Counted from the stretch's first letter, positions 48,725-57,862 are shown. The stretch is DNA of 64,000 nucleotides from an uncultured Gemmatimonadota bacterium (GCA_964490075.1 CAZBBK010000017.1:1-64000); one strand, 5' to 3'. Notes: a model not told the origin generated them from the sequence alone. Translations and numbers: made by a program.

Positions 48725-50443
48725 CTACAGCTCCGGCGCGCAGGGAGGAGGATCGCCTACCGCCATCTCGGCGATGCAGTCGGCATCGGCCTTTTCGATC
48801 AGGCCGTTGGCGTTCATGTCGGCGTAGGCCGGCTGCGTGACGCAGCTCGGCGGAGGACCGACGGAACCACCTTCCTGCCAGAACCGAGTCAGGTTCGTGC
48901 ACTGCACGTCGGTCACGTTGACGTAGCCCGAACCGTTGACGTCACCGGCCATGGGATGCTCATAAGCCCCCATGTCGACAACCGGATCGCCCACGCCCGT
49001 GTCGGGCGCGAAGTCGTCATGCACGGCATCGACGCGGGCGTAGCCGTCGAGATCAACAGTCAGCCAACCCGGCAGATAGAGGCTGTTCCCGGAGTCGACG
49101 GCCTTCGAGCTGACGGCGAGACGCAGATCGTCGTCGGCGTTGCCCGGCACGTCGTCGATGCCGTCGGCGTCGAAGAAGAGCGGGTCCTGGTTCAGATTGC
49201 CGAAGGTCTCCGCGATCCCTTGCACGCAGCTGAAACGCACGTTGAAGGGCGCGGCCGCGGCGAAGATCTGTGCTCCGAGCTCATCCACACCGTTTGCCTC
49301 GTTGCCCCATACGATGCTGTTGCCCATCGCCACGGGAATCGGGCTGCTGAGGAAGAGCCCGCCTCCGGCACCGCCCGAGCTGTTGCCGACGATCGTCGAG
49401 TTGACGATGGCGCGCGGATCCCAGATCAGACCGAGATAGGCGCCGCCGCCGCGCGATTCAGCAACGTTGCCACGCAGCACGCAGTTTGCCATCTTCAACT
49501 GGCCGGAGGCGAAGAAGCCGCCGCCGTGACCGGCCTGGTTGCCGGTGAAGACGCAGTTCGCCATCAGCAGATAGCCGTTGCTGTTGGCCAGGCCGCCGCC
49601 CCAGGAGTTGGAGCCCATTACCTGATTGTCGCGGAAAGTGCAGTCGATGAGCTGGAGCTCGCTGTCGAAGGCGCCCAGCGCGCCGCCATAGACGATGTCG
49701 TCCGGGTTGGTCGCGTCGCTGCTCAGATTGTCGATGAACAGACAGTCGCGGAAGGTGACGCGCTTGGTGCTGTTGATCTGCACCGCGGCGCCGCCGTCCA
49801 TCTCGTCGGCACAGCCGGTGAAATCGGCACGGTTATGGCGGAAGGTGCAGCGATTGATCTCGATGCCGGAAGGATCGGAGCCGCCCAGGTAGATCTTGAT
49901 CGCGGCGCCGGCACCGCAGTCGGCCTCCACGAAGCCGCCCGAAAGCTCGAAACCGTCGAGGGTCGTGTGCCAGCCGAGGATCATGATCTGGTGGCTGTTG
50001 TCGGCCATGTTGTCGAAGGTGCCCGGCAAGTCGTCCTGCGCCAGGTCGCCGCTCAGGATCGTCGGATGGAGCGCGGGGTCCTGCTCGCCGAGCGAAACTT
50101 CGGTGCCGGCGAAGCCGCCGTAGAGGGCGCTGCCCTTGGGCGGATGGAAGAGCGCGTTCTGGTCTCCAGGCTGAATTCCGGCGCCGAAATCGGGTCGGTA
50201 GACACCTTCGGCAACCCAGAGCTGGATGCTCGCTTGCGGATCCTGCTCGGCGATCTGCTGCGCCTCGCCGATGGCGTCTTGCAGGGCCTGGAAGGCGTTT
50301 GTCCAGCTCTCGCCGGTTCCGGGCGCGGGAGCGTCCTGGTTCACGTAGATGACGACTTCGTCGGCCAGGGCCGCACTGCTGAGCAGCAGCCCGGCGGCGG
50401 TGCACATCCCGAGGGCGCGACGTACTTGTCGTGACTCGAACAT
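48725..50443 (-). CDS. Beta-helix secreted protein with C-terminal dockerin-like Ca-binding repeats
   Basis: Signal peptide, GESWTNAF, LYGGFAGTE, TILSGDL, VDMGAYE, GDVNGSGYVNVTDV...ADMNANG. Confidence 0.85.
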   Translation of the reverse strand: MFESRQVRRALGMCTAAGLLLSSAALADEVVIYVNQDAPAPGTGESWTNAFQALQDAIGEAQQIAEQDPQASIQLWVAEGVYRPDFGAGIQPGDQNALFHPPKGSALYGGFAGTEVSLGEQDPALHPTILSGDLAQDDLPGTFDNMADNSHQIMILGWHTTLDGFELSGGFVEADCGAGAAIKIYLGGSDPSGIEINRCTFRHNRADFTGCADEMDGGAAVQINSTKRVTFRDCLFIDNLSSDATNPDDIVYGGALGAFDSELQLIDCTFRDNQVMGSNSWGGGLANSNGYLLMANCVFTGNQAGHGGGFFASGQLKMANCVLRGNVAESRGGGAYLGLIWDPRAIVNSTIVGNSSGGAGGGLFLSSPIPVAMGNSIVWGNEANGVDELGAQIFAAAAPFNVRFSCVQGIAETFGNLNQDPLFFDADGIDDVPGNADDDLRLAVSSKAVDSGNSLYLPGWLTVDLDGYARVDAVHDDFAPDTGVGDPVVDMGAYEHPMAGDVNGSGYVNVTDVQCTNLTRFWQEGGSVGPPPSCVTQPAYADMNANGLIEKADADCIAEMAVGDPPPCAPEL

Positions 50444-50580
50444 TGCTGTCTCCGGTGATCGGTCGGGGGGGATTCGAACGGGACCGTACCGGAGGGAACG
50501 GGGGGATTGCGGGCAATATAACCTCACAATTCCTGCTGTCATCCGGAATAGATTGCCCAGGTTCCGCACTGGGTTGGGGG

Positions 50581-50967
50581 TTATGGCGCGGACCCTTGGC
50601 GACGCGGCCCTTGCTCCCCGATCGCCACCACCCGTCCCACCACCGCCTCGAGCGCGATCCACTCATCGGTCGACGGCCGCGCATCCCCCCGCACCCGCAC
50701 CCGATCCCCGTCCCGATCCCGATCCAGCCCGACGACCCGGTGCAGGATCATCCGCCCCGCCGCGGCCTGGTAGAGCACGATCTCTCCGATCCGCGGGCCG
50801 CCGCCGCCGACCGGCGCGACGGTCACCAGCTCAAGGTCGCGGATCGCCGGATGCATGCTGCGCCCCGTCGCCCGGAAGCGCAGCTCGCCGCCGCGCCCCA
50901 GCACCTCGCGCGCCACCCCTCGCAACTCGTCGCGATCGAGGAAGAGGGGTGAATCGTCGCCCCTCAC
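50581..50967 (-). CDS. S24/S26 family peptidase
   Basis: LRFRATGRSMHPAIRD...GEIVLY...ILHRVV...RGDA..STDE. Confidence 0.85.
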   Translation of the reverse strand: MRGDDSPLFLDRDELRGVAREVLGRGGELRFRATGRSMHPAIRDLELVTVAPVGGGGPRIGEIVLYQAAAGRMILHRVVGLDRDRDGDRVRVRGDARPSTDEWIALEAVVGRVVAIGEQGPRRQGSAP

Positions 50968-51908
50968 CGCGCCGCACCCTGCTCCGCCTCGAGCCCCAGC
51001 GCGGCCACCACGCGCGCGTCCGGCACGAACTCGAAACGCTCCGGCGGGCGGGCCTCGACCACCTTTTCGACCAGGTCGGCGGCGGCGGCGAGCTGGTCGG
51101 GGTCCCAGTAGGGCGGAAAGCAGCGCGCCATCAAGGTGGCCACCGCCTCGAGCCGCGCCAGTGGATGGACACGGTTCGACGCGCCGTGCTCCAGGAAGAG
51201 GATTCGATCCAGGGGCGCGCCCCCGGCGGCGACCTGGTCGACATCCCCATGCCAGGGCGTGCCGAAGATCCAGGGCTCACCGTCGATCAGGCGCAGCACG
51301 TTCCGGTCGTCGCTGAGCACCTCGAGCGCCGCCAGGTCGCTGCCTCGCGGACGCGCGCCGGCGGCCTCGATCAGCACCCGACTGAGCGTGCTCTTGCCGG
51401 CGCCGGAGGTCCCGGGGAAGAGCAGTCCCCGTCCCCCCACCCGCACCGCCGTGGCGTGCACGATCACCCCGGCGCCACACCCCAGCAGCTGCCCGAAGAG
51501 CAGCTCGTCGAGCGGGTAGTCGAGCGCCGGCAGGCGTTCGCCGAAGCCGGCCTCGGGCGGGTTCATCCACAGCTCCACGCGCGCCGGCACGGAACTCCCC
51601 TGCTCCGCGATCCATGCCTGGCCGTGGATTCGCCCACCGAGATGGGGCGCGAAGACGGTCAGCAACCGGCCCCCGCGTGCCTGTTCCAGCCGCCACAGGC
51701 GTGCCGCCTGGAAGATCGGTTCGAGGTCGTCTCGTGCCGGCGCCGGCCCCCGATGCACGCGCACCTCCACGTCAGGATCTTCGCGGGGGGCGCGCTGGAC
51801 GAAGGGGAGGTGCGAGCGCGCCAACGCGATCGGCGGGAGTCCCGAGTCGGCGACCAGGTCGAGAACGAGTCCGGCGATCTCGAGCTGGAGGGACGACGCG
51901 TCTCTCAG
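50964..51908 (-). CDS. HPr-kinase-related P-loop protein
   Basis: IVHATAV...LFPGTSGAGKSTLS...LSDDR...FGTPWHG; frame extends upstream to a CTG overlapping the precursor stop (ORF track starts at TTG 51824). Confidence 0.82.
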   Translation of the reverse strand: MRDASSLQLEIAGLVLDLVADSGLPPIALARSHLPFVQRAPREDPDVEVRVHRGPAPARDDLEPIFQAARLWRLEQARGGRLLTVFAPHLGGRIHGQAWIAEQGSSVPARVELWMNPPEAGFGERLPALDYPLDELLFGQLLGCGAGVIVHATAVRVGGRGLLFPGTSGAGKSTLSRVLIEAAGARPRGSDLAALEVLSDDRNVLRLIDGEPWIFGTPWHGDVDQVAAGGAPLDRILFLEHGASNRVHPLARLEAVATLMARCFPPYWDPDQLAAAADLVEKVVEARPPERFEFVPDARVVAALGLEAEQGAAR

Positions 51909-52093
51909 GTACCCGCCTCTGAGCAGTTGACCGGCTGGCGGGAGAAGTCGTTGCAGCCCGCTCCCCCGGAGTTGGAATGGGGGCCCGGGTTCTTCAGCCG
52001 CTTGCAGGCGGCCAGTACGGCCTCCTCGGCCACCAGGTGAACCCGCCTCACCTCTGGCCTACTCCACTGACGTTTCTTGTCGTTCTTGGCCAC
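51905..52093 (-). CDS. Putative RiPP precursor peptide (62 aa, 3 Cys)
   Basis: MAKNDKKRQWSRPEVRRVHLVAEEAVLAA-CKRLKNPGPHSNSGGAGCNDFSRQPVNCSEAGT; sits between rSAM and kinase genes. Confidence 0.82.
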   Translation of the reverse strand: MAKNDKKRQWSRPEVRRVHLVAEEAVLAACKRLKNPGPHSNSGGAGCNDFSRQPVNCSEAGT

Positions 52094-52107
52094 GGTTCAC
52101 CCTGTTC

Positions 52108-53310
52108 CTAGAGCCCGGGCAGGGTCGGCAGCGGGTGCAGCTCCCGCGCCTCGGGCGGCGTCTTGCTGCCATTCGTCGGAACCCTCGATGCATCACCTCG
52201 AGAGAAGGCTCGCTCGCGAGCTACGGCGATGTTGTGAAGATAGTCCACGGTTGTCTCTGGGTCACCGTTTTCCATCTCCGCCATCGCCGGGCAAGCCCCG
52301 CAGAGCGAAATTAGATCGCAGATAGTACAAGCATACTCTCGCGAGTAGCGGGTTGCACGTTCAATCGGCAGAGCGCGCTCCCAGCCTTCGCGAAAAGATC
52401 CAGTCTTGAGACCATAACCCGGCCTGAGGGACATTCCGCACATCGTCAGCTCACCATAGGCGGTGATGTTGAAGTTCACCAGACCGGCGCCGCAGTGGTA
52501 GAGGCGCCCGTCGTCGACCTGGCGCCGATCGAACTTGCACATGAACTCCACCCAGGCGTCGACCCGCTCCTGGTCGTCGAGATCCATCGCCAGCACGGCG
52601 TCCGGCGCCAGGCGCACCGCCAGCGGCGCGTGGCCGCCGTCCTTTCGGGGATTGATCACCTGGTCGAAGCGGAACTCCAGGCCCAGCGCTTCGACCCAGT
52701 GCTTCATATCGTCCATCTCGTGGTGGTTCAAGGTCGTGGCCACGCTCTTGAGCTCGATCGGAACGCCACGATCGAGCAGCCGGCGGATGCCTTCGCGGGT
52801 CCGCCGGTGCGATCCACGCTTGGCGGTCATCGTCTCGTACGTGGCGCGGGTGTGGCCGTAGAGCGTGATCTCGACCGTGAAGGGCCGCCACTCGGCGAAG
52901 AGGTCGGCCAGCGCGTCGGTGACCAGTGCTCCGTTGGTGAACACCGTGATCAGGAAGCCGAGCTTCTTGGCGTGCAGGTAGATCTCGGCGAAATCCTTGC
53001 GAATCAACGGATCTCCGCCGGTCATCAGGAGCCACAGGGTGCCTGCCTCGGCCAGCTCGTCGAGTATGCGCAGAACCTGGCCGGTGGTCAGCTCGAGGCG
53101 ATCCGGTCCCGGTCCGGTCACGATGTAACAGTGGGCGCAATCGAAGTTGCAGCGGTTGGTCAGCTCGAAGCTGCCGGCGATCGGCACCCGCTCGCTGAGC
53201 ACCCTCTCGTGGATGGTGCGCGAGAACTCCAGGTAGGAGACCGCGGGCACGACCGTCGACTCGGTCACGCTCGCGCGCTGGCTTCGGTGGGGGTCGACTG
53301 AGCAATTCAT
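52108..53310 (-). CDS. Radical SAM / SPASM domain protein
   Basis: ELTNRCNFDCAHCY, MTGGDP, FTNG; SPASM CGAG...CGM...CTICDLISLCGAC. Start ATG 53310 or GTG 53268. Confidence 0.93.
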   Translation of the reverse strand: MNCSVDPHRSQRASVTESTVVPAVSYLEFSRTIHERVLSERVPIAGSFELTNRCNFDCAHCYIVTGPGPDRLELTTGQVLRILDELAEAGTLWLLMTGGDPLIRKDFAEIYLHAKKLGFLITVFTNGALVTDALADLFAEWRPFTVEITLYGHTRATYETMTAKRGSHRRTREGIRRLLDRGVPIELKSVATTLNHHEMDDMKHWVEALGLEFRFDQVINPRKDGGHAPLAVRLAPDAVLAMDLDDQERVDAWVEFMCKFDRRQVDDGRLYHCGAGLVNFNITAYGELTMCGMSLRPGYGLKTGSFREGWERALPIERATRYSREYACTICDLISLCGACPAMAEMENGDPETTVDYLHNIAVARERAFSRGDASRVPTNGSKTPPEARELHPLPTLPGL

Positions 53311-53347
53311 AGCAAGGTGGAAGTCATGGTAGGACGAAGTCGCGTCA

Positions 53348-54259
53348 TCAGAGGCTAACCCAACCCGGCAAGTCCCAATTTCCCGGATGACGCAGCAAAT
53401 CGAGGTCCAGGTGCCCGGTGCCTTCGTGCAGGACCAGCGCCGGCCCGGGATCCCATCCCGCCGCGGGTCGCGCGCCCAGCTCGAGCCAGGCCGCGGCCCA
53501 GGGCCCCTCGAGCGCCGGGACCAGGGCCAGCGTGGCGCCGAGTCGCCGGGTCTCGTGGCGGATCTGCGCGTGCGCGTCGGGCAGCGCGTCGAGATCCGCC
53601 ACCAGGTCGCGCAGGGTGACCACGCGGCGGCCTTCGATCTCGTTGCACTCCAGTGCCAGTCCCCGCCCCGCGGCGCCGGCGAGCAGGCGCACGCCCCCAC
53701 CCTTCCCCGCCGTCCGCCTGGTCCACGGCGATTCCGCCCCCGCGCGATCCACCACGATCGGCAGATCGGCCCCCAGGGCCGCGGCGTCCGCTGGCGACCT
53801 CCGGCTCCATCCCCCCGCCCCGCTCCAGCGCCGCCGCGGCGAGAGCGCCAGAATCCGCAGCGGAGCAACGACGCGGAAACGGCGGCCGGCGACCCGGTCC
53901 CAGAGACGCAGCGCGCGTTCGTTCGCCATCCCGAAGAAGAGCCGGCCCTCCGCCAGGATCCGGCGCATCAGGATCGGGGCCCGGCCGCGTCCCGCGTCAT
54001 CGACCAACAGGCGCCCGATCTGCCAGCCTTCGACCGGCTGGCCCCGGATCCGCAGCGGCACGCGGCGCGCGGCCACCATGCCGTGCACCGAGTCGCCGCG
54101 CGTCAAGAGGAGGATTCGGGCCCGCCCCTCGGTCCATCCCCGGCGCAGCTCCGCCACCACCGCAAGGGCGGCGGCCGGTGGCTCCCCCCCCGCACTCAGG
54201 CAGCCCGCCCAGGCGGCATCGCTCACCGCCCCCGGCTCCGCGACCTCCCAGCGCGCCAA
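53348..54259 (-). CDS. GNAT-like protein (divergent)
   Basis: VHGMVAARRVPLRIRG...IGRLLVDDAGRGR...FFGMANERA pattern resembles GNAT motifs A/B. Confidence 0.55.
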   Translation of the reverse strand: MARWEVAEPGAVSDAAWAGCLSAGGEPPAAALAVVAELRRGWTEGRARILLLTRGDSVHGMVAARRVPLRIRGQPVEGWQIGRLLVDDAGRGRAPILMRRILAEGRLFFGMANERALRLWDRVAGRRFRVVAPLRILALSPRRRWSGAGGWSRRSPADAAALGADLPIVVDRAGAESPWTRRTAGKGGGVRLLAGAAGRGLALECNEIEGRRVVTLRDLVADLDALPDAHAQIRHETRRLGATLALVPALEGPWAAAWLELGARPAAGWDPGPALVLHEGTGHLDLDLLRHPGNWDLPGWVSL

Positions 54260-54263
54260 CTCC

Positions 54264-54560
54264 TCAGCCTTCCGGCCGGACCGACGCGATCGCTCCCACC
54301 GCCTCGAGCTCCTCGAGCACGCGGCGCACGTCGCTCTCGATTTCGCCGCGCTCTCCCTCGAAGCTCGCCAGCGCCAGCGTCACCAGCTCATCCCCGGAGC
54401 GCCCCCGCTCGAGCGCGTCCCAAAGAAAGCCCGCCGTCTCGTTGAGAGTGAAGATCCAGTCCTTGTCGCCCAGCGAACGATGGATCGGGATCAGCAGCCG
54501 CTCCCCGGCGATGTTGCGGGTGACGATCAGAGGGCTGCGTTGAAAGCGAAGTGCTGGCAC
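54264..54560 (-). CDS. PqqD family protein (RiPP recognition element)
   Basis: IVTRNIAGERLLIPI...IFTLNETAGFLWDAL...IESDVRRVLEEL. Confidence 0.9.
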   Translation of the reverse strand: MPALRFQRSPLIVTRNIAGERLLIPIHRSLGDKDWIFTLNETAGFLWDALERGRSGDELVTLALASFEGERGEIESDVRRVLEELEAVGAIASVRPEG

Positions 54561-54663
54561 GTAGTTCTCCGTCCGCTTCGGAACTCATCTCAGGCTACCA
54601 TGCCGGGCGAGGCTCGGAGCTCAGCGCATCCCTCTACGCCCCCAACCGACGAGCGACCCCGCC

Positions 54664-55854
54664 ATGGAGCCATTCGACGATTTCGCCGACATCATCTACC
54701 TCGACTCGGCCGCCACCGTCTATCCCAAGCCGGAGTCGGTCCTGAGCTCGATGCTGGAGCTCTACGACCGCTTCGGCGTCAACCCCGGGCGCTCGGGCTA
54801 CGACCTCTGCGTGGTGGGCGGCAACTTGGTCGAAGAGACCCGCGCGGAGCTGACCAAGTTCTTCGGCGGCAAGAGCCCGCAGCGCCTGTGCTTCGCCTAC
54901 AACGCCTCCGACGCCCTCAACATCCTCATCAACGGGCTGGTGCGCCCCGGCGACCACGTGGTGGCGACCACGCTCGAGCACAATTCGGTGATCCGGCCTC
55001 TGAACCACCTGCGCCGCGATTCCGACGTGGCGGTCGACTACGTGCCGGCGGCGGCCGGCGGGCGAATCGACCCCGATGACATCGCGCGGGCGCTGCGCAA
55101 AGAGACCCGGCTGGTGGCGGTCAATCACGGCTCCAACGTGATCGGAACGATCCAGCCCTTGGCCGAGATCGGGCGGATCTGCCGCGAGCGCGAGGTCCTG
55201 CTGCTGGTCGACACCGCCCAGACCGCGGGCCTGGTGCCGATCGACGTGGAGCGCATGGGGATCGACGCGCTGGCCTTTACCGGCCACAAGTCGCTGCTCG
55301 GGCCGACCGGCATCGGCGGGCTCTACGTGCGCGAAGGGGTGCACGTGAACCACACCCGCGCCGGCGGCACCGGTGTCGAATCGGCCTACCCCTACCACCT
55401 CGATCACTACCCCTTCCGCCTCGAGGTCGGCACCCCCAACGTGCTCGGCATCGTCGGCCTGCACGCCGCGCAGGCCTACATCGCCGAGCGCGGCATCGAC
55501 CAGATCTACCGTCACGAGATGACGCTCTTCGCGCGCCTGCAAGAGGGGCTGTCCGAAATCGAGGGAGTGCGGCTGCACGGCACCACCGACCTCGAGCACC
55601 GGTTGCCGGTGCTGAGCTTCACCACCGAGGGCTGGGATCCCTCAGACGTCGGCACGATGCTCGACGTCGACCACAACATCGCCACCCGCACCGGGCTGCA
55701 GTGCGCGCCGCTGATCCACGAGCAGCTCGGAACGGCGCCGCGCGGCACGGTGCGCATGAGCGTCGGGCCGCTGAACACGGCCGAGCAGATCGAGCGGGCG
55801 ATCGAGGCGGTGGCGGCGATCGCCGCGACCGGACGCGCCAAGAGTCAGAGCTGA
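54664..55854 (+). CDS. Cysteine desulfurase family (class V PLP enzyme)
   Basis: IYLDSAATVYPKP, LEHNSV, DTAQTAG, FTGHKSLLGP, GTPN, RTGLQCAP. Confidence 0.92.
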   Translation: MEPFDDFADIIYLDSAATVYPKPESVLSSMLELYDRFGVNPGRSGYDLCVVGGNLVEETRAELTKFFGGKSPQRLCFAYNASDALNILINGLVRPGDHVVATTLEHNSVIRPLNHLRRDSDVAVDYVPAAAGGRIDPDDIARALRKETRLVAVNHGSNVIGTIQPLAEIGRICREREVLLLVDTAQTAGLVPIDVERMGIDALAFTGHKSLLGPTGIGGLYVREGVHVNHTRAGGTGVESAYPYHLDHYPFRLEVGTPNVLGIVGLHAAQAYIAERGIDQIYRHEMTLFARLQEGLSEIEGVRLHGTTDLEHRLPVLSFTTEGWDPSDVGTMLDVDHNIATRTGLQCAPLIHEQLGTAPRGTVRMSVGPLNTAEQIERAIEAVAAIAATGRAKSQS

Positions 55855-56609
55855 AGCGGCTCTCCGACCTCGCGGCGGCTGGCCACCTCGAGCGGCAGGT
55901 CGGGGCCGGCGATGCCGCGAAAGGTGCGCCGCGCGATCTCGGGCTCGTTGTTGGTACCCGACAGGTGGGCCAGACAAGCCCAGCGCAAGCGTCCGCCCCG
56001 GGCCGCGATCAGGTGGGCCGCCTCGGCGTTGGAGATGTGGCCCCGGCAACCGGAGATGCGTCGCTTGAGGGCGGGGGGATAGGGCCCGTGCTGGAGCATT
56101 TCGGGATCGTGGTTGCTCTCGATCAGCACCCCGTCGAGCGAAGCGACGATCCCTTCGAGGCCGCCGAAGACATGGCCCAGGTCGGTGAGCACTCCGAGCC
56201 GCCGCCGGCCGTCGTCGACCACGAACACCACACCGTCGGCCGCATCGTGCGGGGTCGCGTGGGTCTCGATGCTGAGGGGGCCGAGCGACACTCGGTCCCC
56301 GGCACGAAAGTGCTCGAGGTCCGCGATCGACCCCAGCTTCATTCGGGCCCGGCCGGCCGCCAGGGTCGGCCGGGTGATGAAGAGCGGAATGCCGTACTTG
56401 CGATGAAACACTCCGGCCGAGCGGATGTGATCGTCGTGATCGTGCGAGATCAAGAACGCGTCGACATCGCGAATATCGCGCCCGTGCCGCGCCAGGCGGC
56501 GCTCGGCCTGCACGCCGCTGATCCCGGCGTCCAGCAGCACCCGCACGCCGTCCGACTCCACGTAGATACAGTTGCCACTGCTGCCCGATTGCAGCGCGAT
56601 CGCGATCAT
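55845..56609 (-). CDS. MBL-fold metallo-hydrolase (YycJ/WalJ-like)
   Basis: SGSSGNC, SHDHDDH, PHDA, ESNHD, GHISN, LAHLS..NN. Confidence 0.9.
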   Translation of the reverse strand: MIAIALQSGSSGNCIYVESDGVRVLLDAGISGVQAERRLARHGRDIRDVDAFLISHDHDDHIRSAGVFHRKYGIPLFITRPTLAAGRARMKLGSIADLEHFRAGDRVSLGPLSIETHATPHDAADGVVFVVDDGRRRLGVLTDLGHVFGGLEGIVASLDGVLIESNHDPEMLQHGPYPPALKRRISGCRGHISNAEAAHLIAARGGRLRWACLAHLSGTNNEPEIARRTFRGIAGPDLPLEVASRREVGEPLQL

Positions 56610-57340
56610 CAGAATCCGATCCCGCCCATCATGCGACACCATTCCTCAGCGCTTTCGGCCTGCATGGTCGGATTGCGGCTCAGCTCGTGGGCGATGGTGC
56701 TGCGCGGCGCCGTCCCGTAATCGTGGCCGGGCAGCACCACGGTTTCTCCGGGGAGCCGGCCCAGGCGGCGCAGCGACTCGAACATGGCGCTCGGATCGGC
56801 GCCGGGCAGATCGACCCGGCCGCAGGCTCCCACGAAAAGCACGTCGCCGGTGATCACGTGGTCCGCCACCAAGAGACACATGCCGCCCGGTGTGTGGCCC
56901 GGCGTGTGCAACAGCTCGATGCGTTGCGCTCCGATCTCGATCGCGTCGCCGTCTTGGTGCTCGACCACGCGCGCGGCGTCGATCTCCGGCCAGGAACGCA
57001 GTGTCGCCGCCTCTTCGGCGTGCACGTGAATCGGGCCTTCGATCTCGGCGGCGAGCTGCCGCAGACCAGGGATCTGCAGGCCCATCCAGGAGCCGCCGAC
57101 GTGATCGGGGTGGGTGTGGGTGGCGACGCATCCGGTGACCCGCATCTGGTGGCGTTCGGCGATCCGCACCAGACCGCTCGGGTCCCATGATGGGTCGACG
57201 ACCAGGCACTCACCGCTCGTCCGGCAGCCGACCAGGTAGGCGAAGTTGGCCATCTGACCGGCGATCGGGTGGGCGCGCGCGTGGTCACGGCCGCCCAGCA
57301 GCTGCTCCAGGAAGAGCGTGGGTGGATTCTCTGAGCTCAT
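56609..57340 (-). CDS. MBL-fold hydrolase (glyoxalase II-like)
   Basis: NFAYLVG, THTHPDHV, HTPGHTPG, TGDVLF, LPGHDYG. Confidence 0.9.
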   Translation of the reverse strand: MSSENPPTLFLEQLLGGRDHARAHPIAGQMANFAYLVGCRTSGECLVVDPSWDPSGLVRIAERHQMRVTGCVATHTHPDHVGGSWMGLQIPGLRQLAAEIEGPIHVHAEEAATLRSWPEIDAARVVEHQDGDAIEIGAQRIELLHTPGHTPGGMCLLVADHVITGDVLFVGACGRVDLPGADPSAMFESLRRLGRLPGETVVLPGHDYGTAPRSTIAHELSRNPTMQAESAEEWCRMMGGIGF

Positions 57341-57436
57341 CGAACCTCTCAGGGTGGTGTGTGCGGGCACTATATCGCGGAGGGTGGCGTTCAAGGAAAT
57401 TGCGGCTCTGACGATGTTGCGGTTGAGGAGTCATTC

Positions 57437-57739
57437 ATGGTTCTGCGGATCCCCATCGTGGTCGAGCACCCCCGCGCGCTCTGCGAGCTGCGTGGCTTCG
57501 GGCACAATCCCGGCAAGGCGATCCACGCCGGCGAAGTGCTCGGCGAGCTGCGAGTCGAGCTGGCGCTCGACGACTTCGCCGATGCGCCGCTGCTCTACCT
57601 CGGCGACCTGGTGGCCCGCGCCGACGGCCGGCTGCGGGAAGTGCGCCACCTGAACGGCCACGGCTTGCGCGAAGGCGACGTGGTGGCGATCGTTGGGGAC
57701 GAGCCCGGGGACTTCCCGGTGGAGTTCGTGTCGAGCTGA
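57437..57739 (+). CDS. Hypothetical protein
   Basis: ATG after GAGGAG RBS; high GC3. Confidence 0.7.
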   Translation: MVLRIPIVVEHPRALCELRGFGHNPGKAIHAGEVLGELRVELALDDFADAPLLYLGDLVARADGRLREVRHLNGHGLREGDVVAIVGDEPGDFPVEFVSS

Positions 57740-57862
57740 TTGGGGGGTCGCCCCTTCTTGCTTGCCGCGGCAGCGATTCCGGCCGATCTTGCCCCGATCC
57801 CGTTCGCTCTATCGCCCGTCCCGTCCAGCTCTCGTGATGAGAGAGAGGAAGAGGAGACAACC

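Noticed and set aside
50581-54560. Lasso peptide or PQQ biosynthesis cluster
   Set aside because: No asparagine-synthetase-like lasso cyclase or transglutaminase-like B2 protease in the cassette; no PqqB/PqqC and the peptide lacks the ExxxY motif.
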